In this document: positions 17,021-30,867 of the stretch, one piece after another | Layout of the letters: the number at the start of each line of letters is the position of its first letter | How positions within the stretch are numbered: position 1 is the first letter of the stretch | Position numbers and translations under genes: made by a program | Source: the human T2T-CHM13v2.0 reference genome, Homo sapiens | Reading direction: 5' to 3' (one strand) | Length of the DNA stretch: 64,000 bases | NCBI RefSeq assembly: GCF_009914755.1 | Contig: NC_060933.1 | Notes under the pieces: model-generated | Databases searched by the model: none | Seen by the model: only the letters and a program-made list of their open reading frames with translations | What the model was told of the DNA's origin: nothing

Positions 17021-17854
17021 CTCTTGTTCTCTGGCCCACCCCCCTTACCCTCTCTGCCTTGATGGCCCCCCACCAACCCGCAGCCCAGCTCCACAGGGGT
17101 CTTCACCAGCACCCAGTCCACAGGCTGGGGATGCCTGAGAGGCAGGGAGATGATGTGCCTTCCCCTTCTCAGCCCCCTGGAGCCTTCAGCAGTGAGAAGC
17201 AAACAGCCTCGAGCCAGCCTCTGTTTCCCAGCCGAAGGGAGGGGGCTGGGCCCTCTGTGCTGGAGGGAAAGACCCCATTTCCCAGGGTGAAGGACCCTCC
17301 CTCCTCTGCTCTAGCCCCCAAAAGGACGAGGCCAATTTGAAGGCCTCCTGGCAGACAGGGCAAGCCCAGCCAGGAGTGAGCCTTAAGGAGGGAAAGCCCA
17401 GGAGGTGGCTTTGGTCCTTGTTCTTCCTGGGAACAGTGGGGAAGGACTGGAGCAGGAGGCATGGAGAGGAGGTGTCCCGGTCTGCCAGGCCCCATGGGTA
17501 ACCTGGAGCCCTCCGGCAACAGGATCTGCCACATGGGAAGGGTTTTCCATGGCCAGGGCCTGCGTGGAGGCAGTGAGCCCACCACCATCTGTCCCTACCC
17601 ATCCCTGGGCAGGGCACTGCTGCAGCCAGCTCCATGGCTTCCAGCTGCCTGGACTCCTGAGGAAGAGCAGAGGCTGGCCAGCCCCAGCAGAGGGGGTCTC
17701 AGTGGGAGGAGATCACCCGCCTCATACTCCAAGAACAGGATTGAAGAAAGGAGACCAGCCTGGGGGGCAGCGGGAGGCCCAGTGGTGGCTGGGGAGGCTT
17801 GGCCATCCATCTGGGGCTGCTGGCATTTCTGAGACCCAAACCTGGGGCGGGGAA

Positions 17855-18340
17855 GTGCCATGTGTGCATGGTGGGTGTGGCTGTAGCACTGGGAGAATGC
17901 ACATGCTTCCGCACGCTGTGTGTGTCTGTCCAGATGCATGCATGCCTGTACGTTCCTGCCCGTGAGCATGGGCCCATGTGTGTGAATACGCCTGTGAGTT
18001 GCACGCGTGAGGGCCTTTGTGAGCCCACGTGTATGTGGCAGCAGGTGAGTGTGCATCTTACGAGTGTGTGCGTGCATACGCTGTGGTCAGAAGCACTCTT
18101 GTGTGAATATCTGTGGTGTGTGTCTTTGCTTGCACACTTTCGTGTATGTCCACACAGCCATGTGCACAACCGTGCGTGCACCTGTCTGCCTGTTCCCCGA
18201 GTGGGCCTGCCTTCCTGAAAGTGTGTGCAGCCACATGTACGTGTGTGCATGCCTGTGCTGTGGTTGTCCGAGGCGCACCTGTGTGAGTTCCTGTGCAGGT
18301 GTGCCCTGCGGCCCAGGATGAGGGAGTGAGGCGTGTGTGC
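17855..18340 (+). repeat. TG-rich low-complexity tract (intron 3)
   Basis: tgtgtg/gtgcat-rich alternating sequence. Confidence 0.75.
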
Positions 18341-18516
18341 CGGGGAAGGGACTCGCAGGGTACAGCAGGCAGGAGACCAGGGCCCAGATGAGGTAGGGCC
18401 TGTGGGCCACGGGAGGGAAGGAGATCTTATCCTGGGCCACTGGGGAGCCACGGCAGGTGTCAACAGAGGGGACAGGCTCCCATCGGGCAGCAGGTTGCCG
18501 AAGGGGACAAGGCTGA

Positions 18517-18885
<369 letters not shown>

Positions 18886-18950
18886 TAAACCCACCATCTC
18901 CCCGTTGCTGCCCCTGGAGGGCCTGACCTGTTCCCCTCTCTCTGAGCCAG

Positions 18951-19028
18951 GTCCGAGAGACACTGGCAGCTGAGACGGGCCTCAGTGTGCGCGTGGTCCA
19001 GGTCTGGTTTCAGAACCAAAGAGCAAAG
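18951..19028 (+). CDS. LMX1B: LMX1B exon 5 (homeodomain helices 2-3)
   Basis: [26 protein letters not shown] with the WFQN recognition helix; acceptor gagccag, donor AAG|gtaaga. Confidence 0.98.
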
Positions 19029-19172
19029 GTAAGAGGCCACCCCCCATCCCCACTGGCCCCGGGTAGGGTGGGACTAGAGGGGGCAGCCAGAAGACTACGG
19101 TCCAGGGGGCGTGGGGCTGGCTGTGCCTGGGGGCGAGGGGCAGCACCGGCCTGAACTGCGCTCTCCCTGCAG

Positions 19173-19239
19173 ATGAAGAAGCTGGCGCGGCGGCACCAGC
19201 AGCAGCAGGAGCAGCAGAACTCCCAGCGGCTGGGCCAGG
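19173..19239 (+). CDS. LMX1B: LMX1B exon 6
   Basis: MKKLARRHQQQQEQQNSQRLGQ; acceptor ctccctgcag, donor CAGG|gtgagc at 19240. Confidence 0.97.
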
Positions 19240-19370
19240 GTGAGCCGGGGCCGGGGCAGGGCCTGGGCCAGGGTGAGCTGGGGCCGGGGCCAGGGGTGGG
19301 CCTAGGCCAGGGTGAGCTGGGGCAGAGGCTGGGGCTGGGTGAGCCTGGGCCAGGGCTGGGACCGGGGCTG
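19230..19370 (+). repeat. G-rich imperfect tandem repeat containing copies of the exon 6 donor
   Basis: ctgggccagggtgagc unit three times plus ctgggtgagc. Confidence 0.9.
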
Positions 19371-21246
19371 CACCTGTCCCAGGGCTAGGGACAAAGGGGC
19401 CCGGGATGTTTCTTTTAACAAAACTTCTCAAAAGCCTTCCACCAAGGCCATCAGATCCCAGGGAACTTCTGCTTTAAAACCACTGAGACAGAGAAATAGA
19501 GAAGCCATGGGGACTAGGGGACCCAGGGAGGAGAGATGGCAGAGTGGCTGCCTGGAGGGTTGGCAGAATTTCTGCAATCAGAACAGCAACAGTCTACTCA
19601 CACTCACTGCGTGCAGACACGGGTCTCAGCCTTCAGCACACCCCATCTCACCCTGTCCTCATAAATCACTGCAAGGGGGGGTATTGCCATGTCCCATTTC
19701 ACAGATGAGGAAACTGAGGGACTGCCTGGGATCCCTCAGCCAGTAAGGCAAAGCTGGACCTCAGCCCCAAGCCTGGAGCTCAAGCCTGTACCTTTAACAG
19801 GATGACACTACCCCACTGCCGGAATTCTGCAGACAAAGCTTGTCAGGGCGTGAAGGGCCTGGGGAGTCGGGAGGGACTAGCTGCAGGGGCATGAGTCAGG
19901 CCCCCTCATCACTGGGCTTTACCAAAAATCGTGTTTCCACATCAGAATCTTGAGCCAGGGCTGGTCTCCTGGGCCTTCAAAGCCATGAGGGAGGAGCAGG
20001 GAGCTCCCTGGGACTGCTGAAGCAGGCGGGGGACAGAGCTGCCTGCGCCCTGGTGAGAGGGAGGCTTCTGGGCAGGTGCCAGGGCACCAATGGGCAGATA
20101 CCAGGGCACTGGGGGCCAGGCCAGTGTCCCAGGCTGGACTTGGCTTCTAATGACACAGCCTTAGTGCCTGCTGCTTCCTCGCTTCCCCCTCTGCCCCTCC
20201 TGGGGCTGCAGTCACTGCCTCTGGTCTCCCAGCCATGTCCTGGGCTATGTCTCACCCCTCAGTGTTCCTAGCTGCTTCCTGGACACAGCCTCCCTGAGAA
20301 GGTCCCACAGTCCCCCCAGCTCATCCCAACCCATGCCGTATGCTCCATCCTGCCCACACGCACATGGCATGCCCTGCTCCTCCCCACCCTTCTCTGCAAA
20401 TGGCACCACCATCCGCCCTGTCCGAGCCAGGAACCAGGAGTCACCTCTGACCTTCCCCATCCCACACTGCTGATCCACTGAGGTGCCAAGTTGGGGAGTG
20501 AAGTCTTCTCATGTCTCTCGCACCCTCCTAGGAGCTGTCTCTCCCACAGCCACCTTGACAGAGACCCCACCCTTCCTCTGGCTTCCTCACCCACTGGCCC
20601 CAGCCTCGGTCTCCTCCTCCAGCCTTTCTCACCCTCGTCTACCAAACCCTCCAGCGGCTCCCAGCGGCCTCGGGGACCCCCACCCAGCTCGGCACCCCAG
20701 GGCTCCCCATGACCTGTGGTCCCTCTCAGCTGGTCTCCCCCACACCGACCTCTCTCCCTGCCTCTTGGCCCCACGTGCTGCACCCTCACTTACCCGGCGG
20801 TCTGTCTCCTCCATGCCTTTGCCGCCCCTCAGCCTGGCTTGCCTCCCCTGCTCTGGCCTGTTGAGCCCCTGCTAGTTCTTTAAGTCACATCAGGGCGGGG
20901 GCCCTTTCCTCCAGGAAGTCTTCCCGGGGCCTTTTTGGCCTGGGTCTGGGACCTTGGTGCTCCCAGATGCAGCGCAGAATCACTATTGCCTGTGTGGGGT
21001 CTGCCGCCTCCCTGGATCCCCTGGAGGGGCGGGGTGGTGGGAGGAAAGAAGATGAGGAGGGGAGGACTCTGGCTTTTGGTAAGCTGAGCCTGGAGGAGGA
21101 GCTGGAGTGTGCACCTGGGGAAGGGGCTGGGGAGTCAGTGTCTGGACAGCTTCAGCCAGAGTGGGGTGCCTGGGGAGTCCCAAGGAGATCAGAAGGGGAG
21201 GCTGCTGGGGTGTAGCTGGGAGGGCGTGGACCAGGCCAGGGGGTGA

Positions 21247-21567
<321 letters not shown>

Positions 21568-21701
21568 TGACAGGAAGGGCCCCAGTCCTTCTTGGCCGGC
21601 ACTAGTCAGCAGGCCATCCTGTCTCTCCCTGGCCTCCAGTCACACAGCCTACAGGGCAAACAGGGGGCCCCCAGGAGCCCCAGCCTGTACCCCGGTCCTG
21701 A

Positions 21702-21878
<177 letters not shown>

Positions 21879-23221
21879 GAGCCAGCCAGGCGCACGGACG
21901 CTTGGGCAGGGGCCTGGGGGGGACTGCCAGCCTCTGCGGCCAGCCTGGCCACCCCCGCCCTGCTCTCCGCACAGACTACAGACAGCCATACGGTGCCCTC
22001 CCCTCGGCCAGCTGGGCCTGACCACTGTGCCCGTTGGGTACAGCCAGACCGGTAGATGGGCACAGCCTGGGCAGGGGCTGTGTCCTGCCCACAGAGACCT
22101 TGTCATCCCCAGGGACCCAGAGCTCTCGGACGGCCACTCGCCTCCCAGCCCCACCTCGGCCTCCATCGCCTCCTCCCCATCTCTTTTTTGGGAAGCTTAA
22201 ATTCTCTCTATTTTTTTAAATGTCCTCTCTGTGTCCATGGCCCTCCATGCAAGCCCCAGGACAATGGTGTCATGAGGCGGTGACCTGAGAAGCGTGTGTA
22301 CCTGTGCCCCAGCAAGGGCAGGGGTGGCCTCTGGGGGCAGGCCCACTGCCTGGAACCGCACACCCCTCAGCCTGAGTCTGGAGCAGCAGTGGAGAGGGGC
22401 CTGAGGGGAGGCACTGTCAGGAGGCGGGCTCGGAGCCTGAGCCTGGGCAGGCGCAAAGGGACAGAGAGGCACGTGCAGACACATGCACACTTGCAGACAA
22501 ACCCACGCAAACACACACACAGCTGTATGGGGACACCAGAAGGGACAGGGATGCTCAGCGGGTCTGTCCTGCCTTGTCAGAAAGAGAAAAGGAGGCCAGG
22601 CAGGGGACCCCCCAGTTCTTAAGAGCGATTGGAAAGGGAGGAAGGGGAGAGGAAGAGGCGAACTTGAAGCATCGGACCCAGTTGTATCCCAGCCTGGGCC
22701 CAAATGGGGGCAGCCTGGGCAGGGAGGGCAGCCCCAGGCCCCACCAACTCTAGAGGCAGATGGAGCCCCCAGAACCAGGTAGCATCAGACCAGACAACAG
22801 AGCCTCCAGGGGTCAGGGACTTCAGAAGCACCTGCTGGGCACCCCATCTGCAATGTGGTCCTCTCCCCAGCCACCTCTGCCTCCCCTCACATACCTCCAG
22901 TGACAAGGAGCTCACTAGGTCAGCGAGCCCACAGCAGCTGTGCTGTCCTGCATCCCAGAGCCAGGCTTCCCCAGCTCTCCCTCTTAACACTGTCCCCCAG
23001 CAGGCCTCCGGCTGTCCCTCTAAAGGTGTGGGGCAGGTATCACTTCACCTTCCCACTGATGTCAGCCGGCCAGAAGTGAGCAGGCACATCACCTCTCCTG
23101 CTGTGGCACCCTTCCTCTGTTAATTTGGCCCAAAAGACAATGATTTGGCCACATGACCTTAGAGATTCACCCTGCCCTGCTGTAGCTAAATCCCTGGGCC
23201 CCACACGCAAGTGACAGCTAA

Positions 23222-23593
<372 letters not shown>

Positions 23594-26433
23594 GTCTGCA
23601 CTTACTGTTTAGACTGAATGAGGGACCGTGACCTCTTTCCTTTTCCATTCCTTCTTACTCGATTCATTCCAGCCTGTGGAATTTCTCTGCACCCTGATTC
23701 AGTGACCACTGCTCTCCTCTCTCCCAGCACATCTGCCCAGTGAGGAGTTGGCCCTGGGTCTCACCTGAGGTGTGTGGACCGGGCTGGCCTCTCCCTGTTT
23801 GACATTGGCCCATTAATGCATCCTCTTTGGGGGACACATTCCAATTGCATTTCCTGCCCCCTTCTCCCAGGGCAATTGCAGAAGATTGTGTCAGGCGCCC
23901 TGCTGGAAGTCAGGTGCACTAGATCCATCCCCAGCCCCAGTCTGCTCAACTCTATCCCTGTCAGAGCAAGGAGGCTGGGCTGCTGGGGCCTGACTGGTGA
24001 GCCCACCCTGTCCCCTGGTGATCACTGTGTCCCCTTGTTCAGGTGCTCACAACCCTACCTTTAACTCTGAGGTCAAGCCCTAGGCCACCACCCTAAAGTC
24101 TGCCTGGTCCAACCTTTGAGCAAGTAAGGATAATGAATGTCCCTTTTCCACCTTTGGGGCCCTCTGCCTGGATCTCTGGAATCCTCTAAGTTCAACCTGT
24201 TCTGTGGTTTTGCTCCCGTTTGCTGGGAAATTCAGTCCCCCCAGAATGTCCTGGGCCAACCTCCTTGCCTGACATGTGGCCTCGTGTCACCCATTGGGCC
24301 CCAGCAGCCAGCTAGCCCTTCTGCAGCTCTTCTTACAAACAGAGCCTCTCCAAGGACCTCAGTTGATGTTCTGGTCCTTCTGCCGCCTCAGCCCACCAGG
24401 GTCCGTGCCACCATGGGTCTCTTGAGCAGCAGCTGCACTGGCTTCTGGAGAGACACCCCTCTTTCTCCTTTTGCACATGCACCATCTGAATCGTGCCAGG
24501 GACATCCTGGGCAGATTCAGGGGCAGATGCCCTATCCCCCAGGAGACCTGGCCCTTCTCTCTCAGACCCAATAAGTTGGAAGGGACGTCAGAAGCGGTCA
24601 TCTCATCTGCCCCTTATTTTATAGTTGGAAACCCTGAGGCAAGAGAGGGAAAGAGGCCTGTCCAAGGTCCGGGTTAGTGACAGAGCTGAGCTGAGAACAG
24701 GGACGTTGTGCCCCACTGTCCCCTGTGGTTTGTGAATGACCTCCAGGTCAGGGGGTCACAACTTGTTCTTAGTAAACTTGCCAGCTGTTGGGGTCACATA
24801 TTCCCATTCTGGGGCCTCACAAACCCCCGAATCCAGCCGGGACCCCATGCCAGGAGCTGGTCTAGGGACAGCATGCTTGTGACCCACAGACTGTTAAAGC
24901 CAGAAGGGACCTCAGAGAGTCCCTTATGCTGGAGGCGCCCTGTCAGCCGTGGCTAGGGGCCCCTTGCTCTATGCTGTGCCTTGCTGCCCACAGGCTCCCA
25001 GACACCAGTGCCCACTCTGCCCAGCCCCGGACTGGGTGTGGCTCGCAGATGAACAAGATGCAGGGCCTGCCTTGAGGGGTGTCTCCTAGAAGGAAAGCCA
25101 GACTCTCCGGCCCAGCCAGAGAGTCCAGACATGGCAGGGACCCGTTTCTCAGATGAGGAGCCTGAGGCTCAGAGAAGGGAGGCGATGTGTTCAGGGCCAC
25201 CCAGCAGAAGCCTGTGGGGCTGGGCAACCTTCTCCCACTTTATGGGAGGAGCTGCAGCCTTGGCTGGGAGCTGGGCGGGGAGTAGCCAGGACCACCCCTT
25301 GCCCGTGCCGTGACATGGAACCTTCATCACTAAGGGGGCTGGAGTGGGAAGAGGGAGATAACTGTGTGGTCTCCAGAGCAAAAGAGAATGAGAGGTGGGC
25401 AGGGGGAGTCTTGGCAAAAGACCAAGTTCCACTTCCCTGCTGGGGAAGTCAAGGCTCAGAAAGAGGAAATAATTGCCCCAGGTAACACAGGGCAGAGGAG
25501 GGACAAAAAGCTGGGCATGGCCCCAGCCAGAGCCTCATCTGCCTACTCCGTGAAGCCTCCCAGGTACTCTGCTATCCTGGGAAACGCACAGGGAGGCCAC
25601 ACAGAGACACTGCTCACAAGAGTCAGACCAAGGTGCCAGCACATCCTGGAAAGAGCTCAGAAAGGGGGTTGGTGCACGTGGCTGGGCATCTTAGGAGGCT
25701 TCCTGGGGGTGGGTAAAGGTGGGAAGGCCCTGGCGCCACATCAGATGAGCAGGTCCTGGCAGGGACAAGCCTCTTCTCCTTTGGGAAGCCCTGCAGCCTC
25801 CTAGCAAGAGGCTGATTCCCCACTCTGCCACCATCTGAATGTCCTTTTCATGTTGCACGCAGGGAACCTCAGGAAGGAGGATTGCCTGATGCCTGCCTGG
25901 CTCCATCCTTGAGCTCTGGGCACCACCTAGGGTGAGGGAGAGCCTGCAGCTCTGGGGCTAAGTCTGCCCTGGGGGGAAAGGGCTCCACGCTCACACGCAC
26001 GCGCTCGCACACACACACTCACACCTGGACGCACACGGAGGCTCGCGGACCCATACTCACAGGCACATGTGGCCTGGGGACTGGGGGAGCAGGAAAGACC
26101 CCTCCAACATTTGGCCCTTGGAAGGCACCATTGCCAATGAGCCTCTTTGCTGGTTCCCCCGACCCCACCTGGGGGTCCCATGGGAGCCCAGCCCAGCCAG
26201 GTGTGGGGATGGGCCACCGGCCATTCCTGTTTTCCTTGTACAGACAGATTCTCACTACCCACCCGCCATCCCCAGACACATTTTATTTAATAACTTGTCA
26301 TTGTTAAATTATTTATTAGCGTTTACCACACCACCACCCCCACCCTGCCCTCCACTCTCACCTTCCACCTCTTCCCACAACAGCAGAAAATGGAAACAAC
26401 AACAAAAAAAGATGAGACATCAGTATATTTGTA

Positions 26434-26439
26434 AATAAA
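26434..26439 (+). terminator. LMX1B: Polyadenylation signal of LMX1B
   Basis: AATAAA, CA about 11 nt downstream, then ctcctgtggtcttctccttggtg as a GU/U-rich downstream element. Confidence 0.85.
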
Positions 26440-28046
26440 CCGACCTGTACACTCCTGTGGTCTTCTCCTTGGTGGGCAGGGCCCGGGTGGAGGAAGGGGC
26501 TGTCCTGGGCCTGGGCCGGTCTTTGCACGTGACATTAGCAGATTTGTTGATGGCCACCAGGGACAGCAGGTCCGGAGGCGGGAGGGCTTGAGGTCCCTAT
26601 TCTTGCCCAACCCTCCTGTGATTCTCTTCTCTTCCACCTTTGTCTCATCCCAACCCTGAGCCATCTCCAACCTTAAAAGAAATGCATTCACCCCATCTCC
26701 ATTTCACTCTATCCCATTCTCCAACACTTTCATTCATTCAATCAACCAGTATTTGTGAAGGCCCCTTAAGTGCCAGCCACCAGGCTGAGAACTGGGGATT
26801 GGCTATCCCTGCTTCAAGGAGATCGCAGTGTGATACAAGCTCAGTTGAGGTACAAAGAAACCCTGTTGCCCGGGTACCCAACCTCGTCTGGAGGGTGGAG
26901 CATCATGGAAGGCTTCCTGGAAGAAGCTACATATTAAGCTGTGATCTGAAGTTACCTGGCATCAGGAGGACTGAGAGTGAGAAGGGGTGTCTGAGAGCAT
27001 TCCAGACTTGTCCAAAACCTCAGGGGCAGGCAAAATCTTGTGAATCTCCTAAACTGCAAGAACAGCAAAGTTTGAGGGCAGGGCCAGACCGTTCAGGGCC
27101 TTGCTGCCAAGTAGAGAATAGATCCGATTAGATCAAGGTGACTGGATGGAAGCAGGGAAGTCAGTTGGGTCACCAGGTGAGAGGTGACGATGGCTTTGAC
27201 TAGGGTGGCAGTCTCCAGGGCAGATCCCGGAGATATTGGTGAGGGGGGAGTCCAGGCAGCATCTAGGTCCCTGGATCACCGAGACGGGGGCACAGGAGGC
27301 ACAGGGAGTGGGGACATGTGTGGTCTGGGCGTGTGAGCTTAGGGTCTCCCAGGCATCCAAGTGGAGACGTCCTGGGCCAGGGCTGGGCCTCAGAGTGACC
27401 AGACGGGATGCTGAGCACCCGGGTCTTCAACCAGGTGGCTGGCCACTGAGGCACGGGATGGATGAGTTCCCCAGAGGAGGACGGCATGGGAGGAGGAAGA
27501 AGCTGAAGCCAAACCCTGAGGAATCGTGAGGACTTGGGATGGGATGTGGCTGTGGGGTCTCTAGAGATGGTGGCAGGGATGGGGAGTATGGTGGTGATGG
27601 CAGAGACTCGAGGGAATTTGGTTTCCAAGGTGCATTCCTTGAAACTCTCAGGGTGTGTGTGCATGTGTGGACGTGTGTGTGTCTATGGAATAGCTCTGTG
27701 GGCCGGTTTGCCTGGATATGTCCTGCATGAAGCTGGGGGTCTGCAGGTGTCAGACCATCGTGCATGGCTGTGTCTCCTGGCGAGGCCGCATGTCTCTGCA
27801 CCTGGAGACACGTGTCCCTGATGTGGCGACGTGCTGGTGGAGATGTTTGCATACCCCACACGGCGTCATTGCCTATCTTTGCATGTCTGCATCTGGGAGG
27901 CCTCTGGGCCTCCTGTCCGCAGACCTGACGTCCCAGTGTTCTCTGTCTTCTGCCAGCCCTCTGGTTGCTTCCCGACCTCCTCTCCCCACACCTGTGGCGG
28001 GGACCACCCGAAGGCCACCTCTCATCCCTGGATGCCCGCGGGCACC

Positions 28047-28061
28047 AGCGCCCCCTAGGGG
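28047..28061 (-). promoter_or_regulatory. CTCF motif
   Basis: Minus strand CCCCTAGGGGGCGCT, one mismatch to core consensus. Confidence 0.6.
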
Positions 28062-28794
28062 CAGGCCCCGCCCTGCACCCTCTTCTGGGCTCTCCATTCA
28101 CAGCCCTCCCCGGGCAGTTCCAGCTGCCTTCAGAGTCTAACGACTTGGAGGACCTCCGGTTCATGTCCTCCTCTACACTCCAACAACCCCAAGAGGCAGG
28201 TCCCCATGTTTCTGAAGGGAAAACCCAGGCTTGGAAGGCGAAAGCGACCAGCCCAATGCAGCAAAGCTAGCAAGGGACAGCCGAACCAGGGCTCGAACCC
28301 AGGTGCAGTTGCAAACCCATGGCCTGGCCACCACGCCAGCTGCCTCCCCAAGACCAGACTCTCTGGCCCTGCGATGCGGTCCTCCAGGTCAGGCCCAGGG
28401 TCCCGGGAACAAGGAAACTCCTACCTTCAGAGTGCCTCACTGAGGCTCAGAGAAATCAAGTTGCTCAGCCCAGACTGCACAGCACAGAGGGAGGATTAAT
28501 GGGGCTTTCTGTCCAAGCCACAGGCTGGGCTCATGTGAGGAGCTCTCTAAGCTCCACCCTCGCCCATAATGGGCTGACAGCTCTCTTGCCTACAGCAACC
28601 GTTTAAAATCCTGTCACTAAAAAATGTGGGGTGAGGGGTGAAGGGGAGGAGCTGTGCTAATCCGTCTCTCCCTTGTCACCTGCCTGTCTTCTTTCCCTAG
28701 CCCAGAAGGTAAAGGCATGGGTTGGCAGAGAAAATGTAGGCTGAGTCCCGGGGAATAAGCGGTCACCCTCTGAACCCCCTTTCTGGGAGCAGAT

Positions 28795-29072
28795 TTTTAA
28801 TTTTGACTGTCACCCAGGCTGGAGTGCGGCGGTGCAATCATAGCTCACTCTAAACCTCAGACTCCTGGGCTCAAGCAAGCCTCCAACCCAAGCCTCCTGA
28901 GTAGCTGGAGCTACAGGCACACGTCACCATACCCAGCTAATTTTTTAAGTTTTTCTGTAGACACGGAGTCTCTGTTGCCTACGCTGGTCCTGAACTCCTG
29001 GTCTCAAGCAACCTTCCCACCTTGGCTTCCCAAAGCACTGAGATGATAGGTGCGAGCTGCTGTGCCCAGCCC
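28795..29072 (-). mobile_element. Alu (AluJ-like)
   Basis: Diverged antisense Alu. Confidence 0.85.
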
Positions 29073-30852
29073 AGGGGCCAGTGTTAAACAGGACGGGCAC
29101 TAGTGGAATGCCTGCCCCTGCCAGTCTCAGACTTTGGGCCATTGGCCCTCACGACAACTCAGAACAGCTCCTAGCCCATTGCACAGATAAGAAAACTGAG
29201 GCTTGGAGAGTAACTTGGTTCCGGAATGATTCCTCCCAGGAATTTGAGGTTTAGGCCATGGATCCTGTGGAGTTGAGAAAGGAGAGATCACAGGCAAGGA
29301 GTATAACTCTGAGGTCACCCTACAAAAGTTATCTTCAATGACTCTGAGAGCCCCCAGTCCTGCCTCTGGAACCCCTCACTGCTGCCAGCCCCTGTCGCGC
29401 ACCCCAGATTGGAGAAGGTGAGGTATGTGCAGCAGCTGTACAGATTGACAATCAGCCTGGACAGATGGGCATATGGGGGACGGTCAGGAGGAGGGCCACC
29501 ACATAGAGCCATGCAATCCCTAGCATCATGTGAGTGGCACCCTGGATGCAGGCAGTGCAGTGGCAGGTCAATGCCTGGCCTGCAGGGTGGTCAGCTGGTG
29601 GAGACGCAGAACGTTGGGAGAAGGCTGCTGGGTTCCCCTCAGCTCCTCATCAGCAGGGAAGGGAGCACTCGGGGAGCACTCCCACGCACCTGACACTGGC
29701 TGAGCCTCCTGTGTCCTGCCTCACTGACACCTCGCAGCCCTGGGGGCAAATGATGTCCATTTGGAAGATGAGGACATGGCCCTCCAACCCCCATTCCTCC
29801 CAGGACCACCTGTCCTCCAGCTGTCACTGGTCTGCCCCAGAAGCCCCCTTTGGCATGAGTTTCCCCTGACTCTATGCCAGGCAGACCTTGACCCCAGGCA
29901 TTGATGGACACGGGGACTCTGTTCATGGCTTTGACTTCAGAGCAACCCCTGCAGCCTGACAGAAGGGAGACCTGCCCTGGGCTGCTTCTTGCTTTGCCCT
30001 TCAGCCCTAGCTTGGCAGAACCTTCCCAGACCCAGCCCACCTGGGCAGAGCCTAAGAAGGAGTTAGGAGAAAGACTTACAGGACTCAACGAGTGGCAGGC
30101 TGATGATGGCTGTGCCTGGGAAAGCAGAGAAAGCCTCCTAAAGGAGGGACGTTCGGGCTGAGCCTGCAAAGATGAGTCAGCGTGCGTGGGGTGAGAGGAG
30201 GCGGGTAGGTGGAGCACAGGCTCAGAGGTGGGAGCTGCAGAAGTCTGGGGCAGCAGGGCACAGCCAGCTTGGATTCACAGTCTGAAGGCTGGAGGTGGCA
30301 GAAGGTGAGAGCCCCAGCACTACCACGCTGGGCATGCCAGGGTCATTCATGTCCTTGGCAGCAAGAGACACTTAACATGTCACATCCTGTTCTTTGATTT
30401 AGCAGGGAATAAAATGAGCACACTACGAGATACTGGAAATGCAAAGGAGTGTATGTATTCTCAAACATACCTATTCATGGCCTAAAGAGGAATGACAAAA
30501 ACCTCTTTACCCACTTACTAGACAAAGAAAATGTACATTTTTAATTCCTTAGAGTCCTGGGTGTTCCCCTACCATAGTTTCAAGAGCCTTCATTTCTTCA
30601 CTGGGAAAACTGATCCCAATAGCTCAGCCACAGCACAGAAAGCCCAGAATCTCGTGGGAACGGGCCCAAGGGAAAGCGGCCCTTGGTGCATCTTCCCTCT
30701 GCATCGAACATGCAGGTGGCTTGCTGTGAGGAGCACTCCACTTTCACTCGTGGCCCCCAATCCCCCTCCCCGTATCAAATCTTGGGGCGCTTTGCTGTTA
30801 AATCCCCAGAACAGACCTGAATTTCGCTACAAACCTGCAATCACCCGTCAGG

Positions 30853-30867
30853 CCACGAGGTGGCGAT
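30853..30867 (+). promoter_or_regulatory. CTCF motif in CpG-rich patch
   Basis: CCACGAGGTGGCGAT, close to core consensus. Confidence 0.55.

Noticed and set aside
18982-19431. Antisense Pro/Ala-rich ORF
   Set aside because: Shadow of LMX1B exons 5-6 and the G-rich repeat
26551-26567. Partial CTCF-like TGGCCACCAGGGACAGC (also near 13909 and 14870)
   Set aside because: Core GGC half or 5' half mismatched; too weak to call
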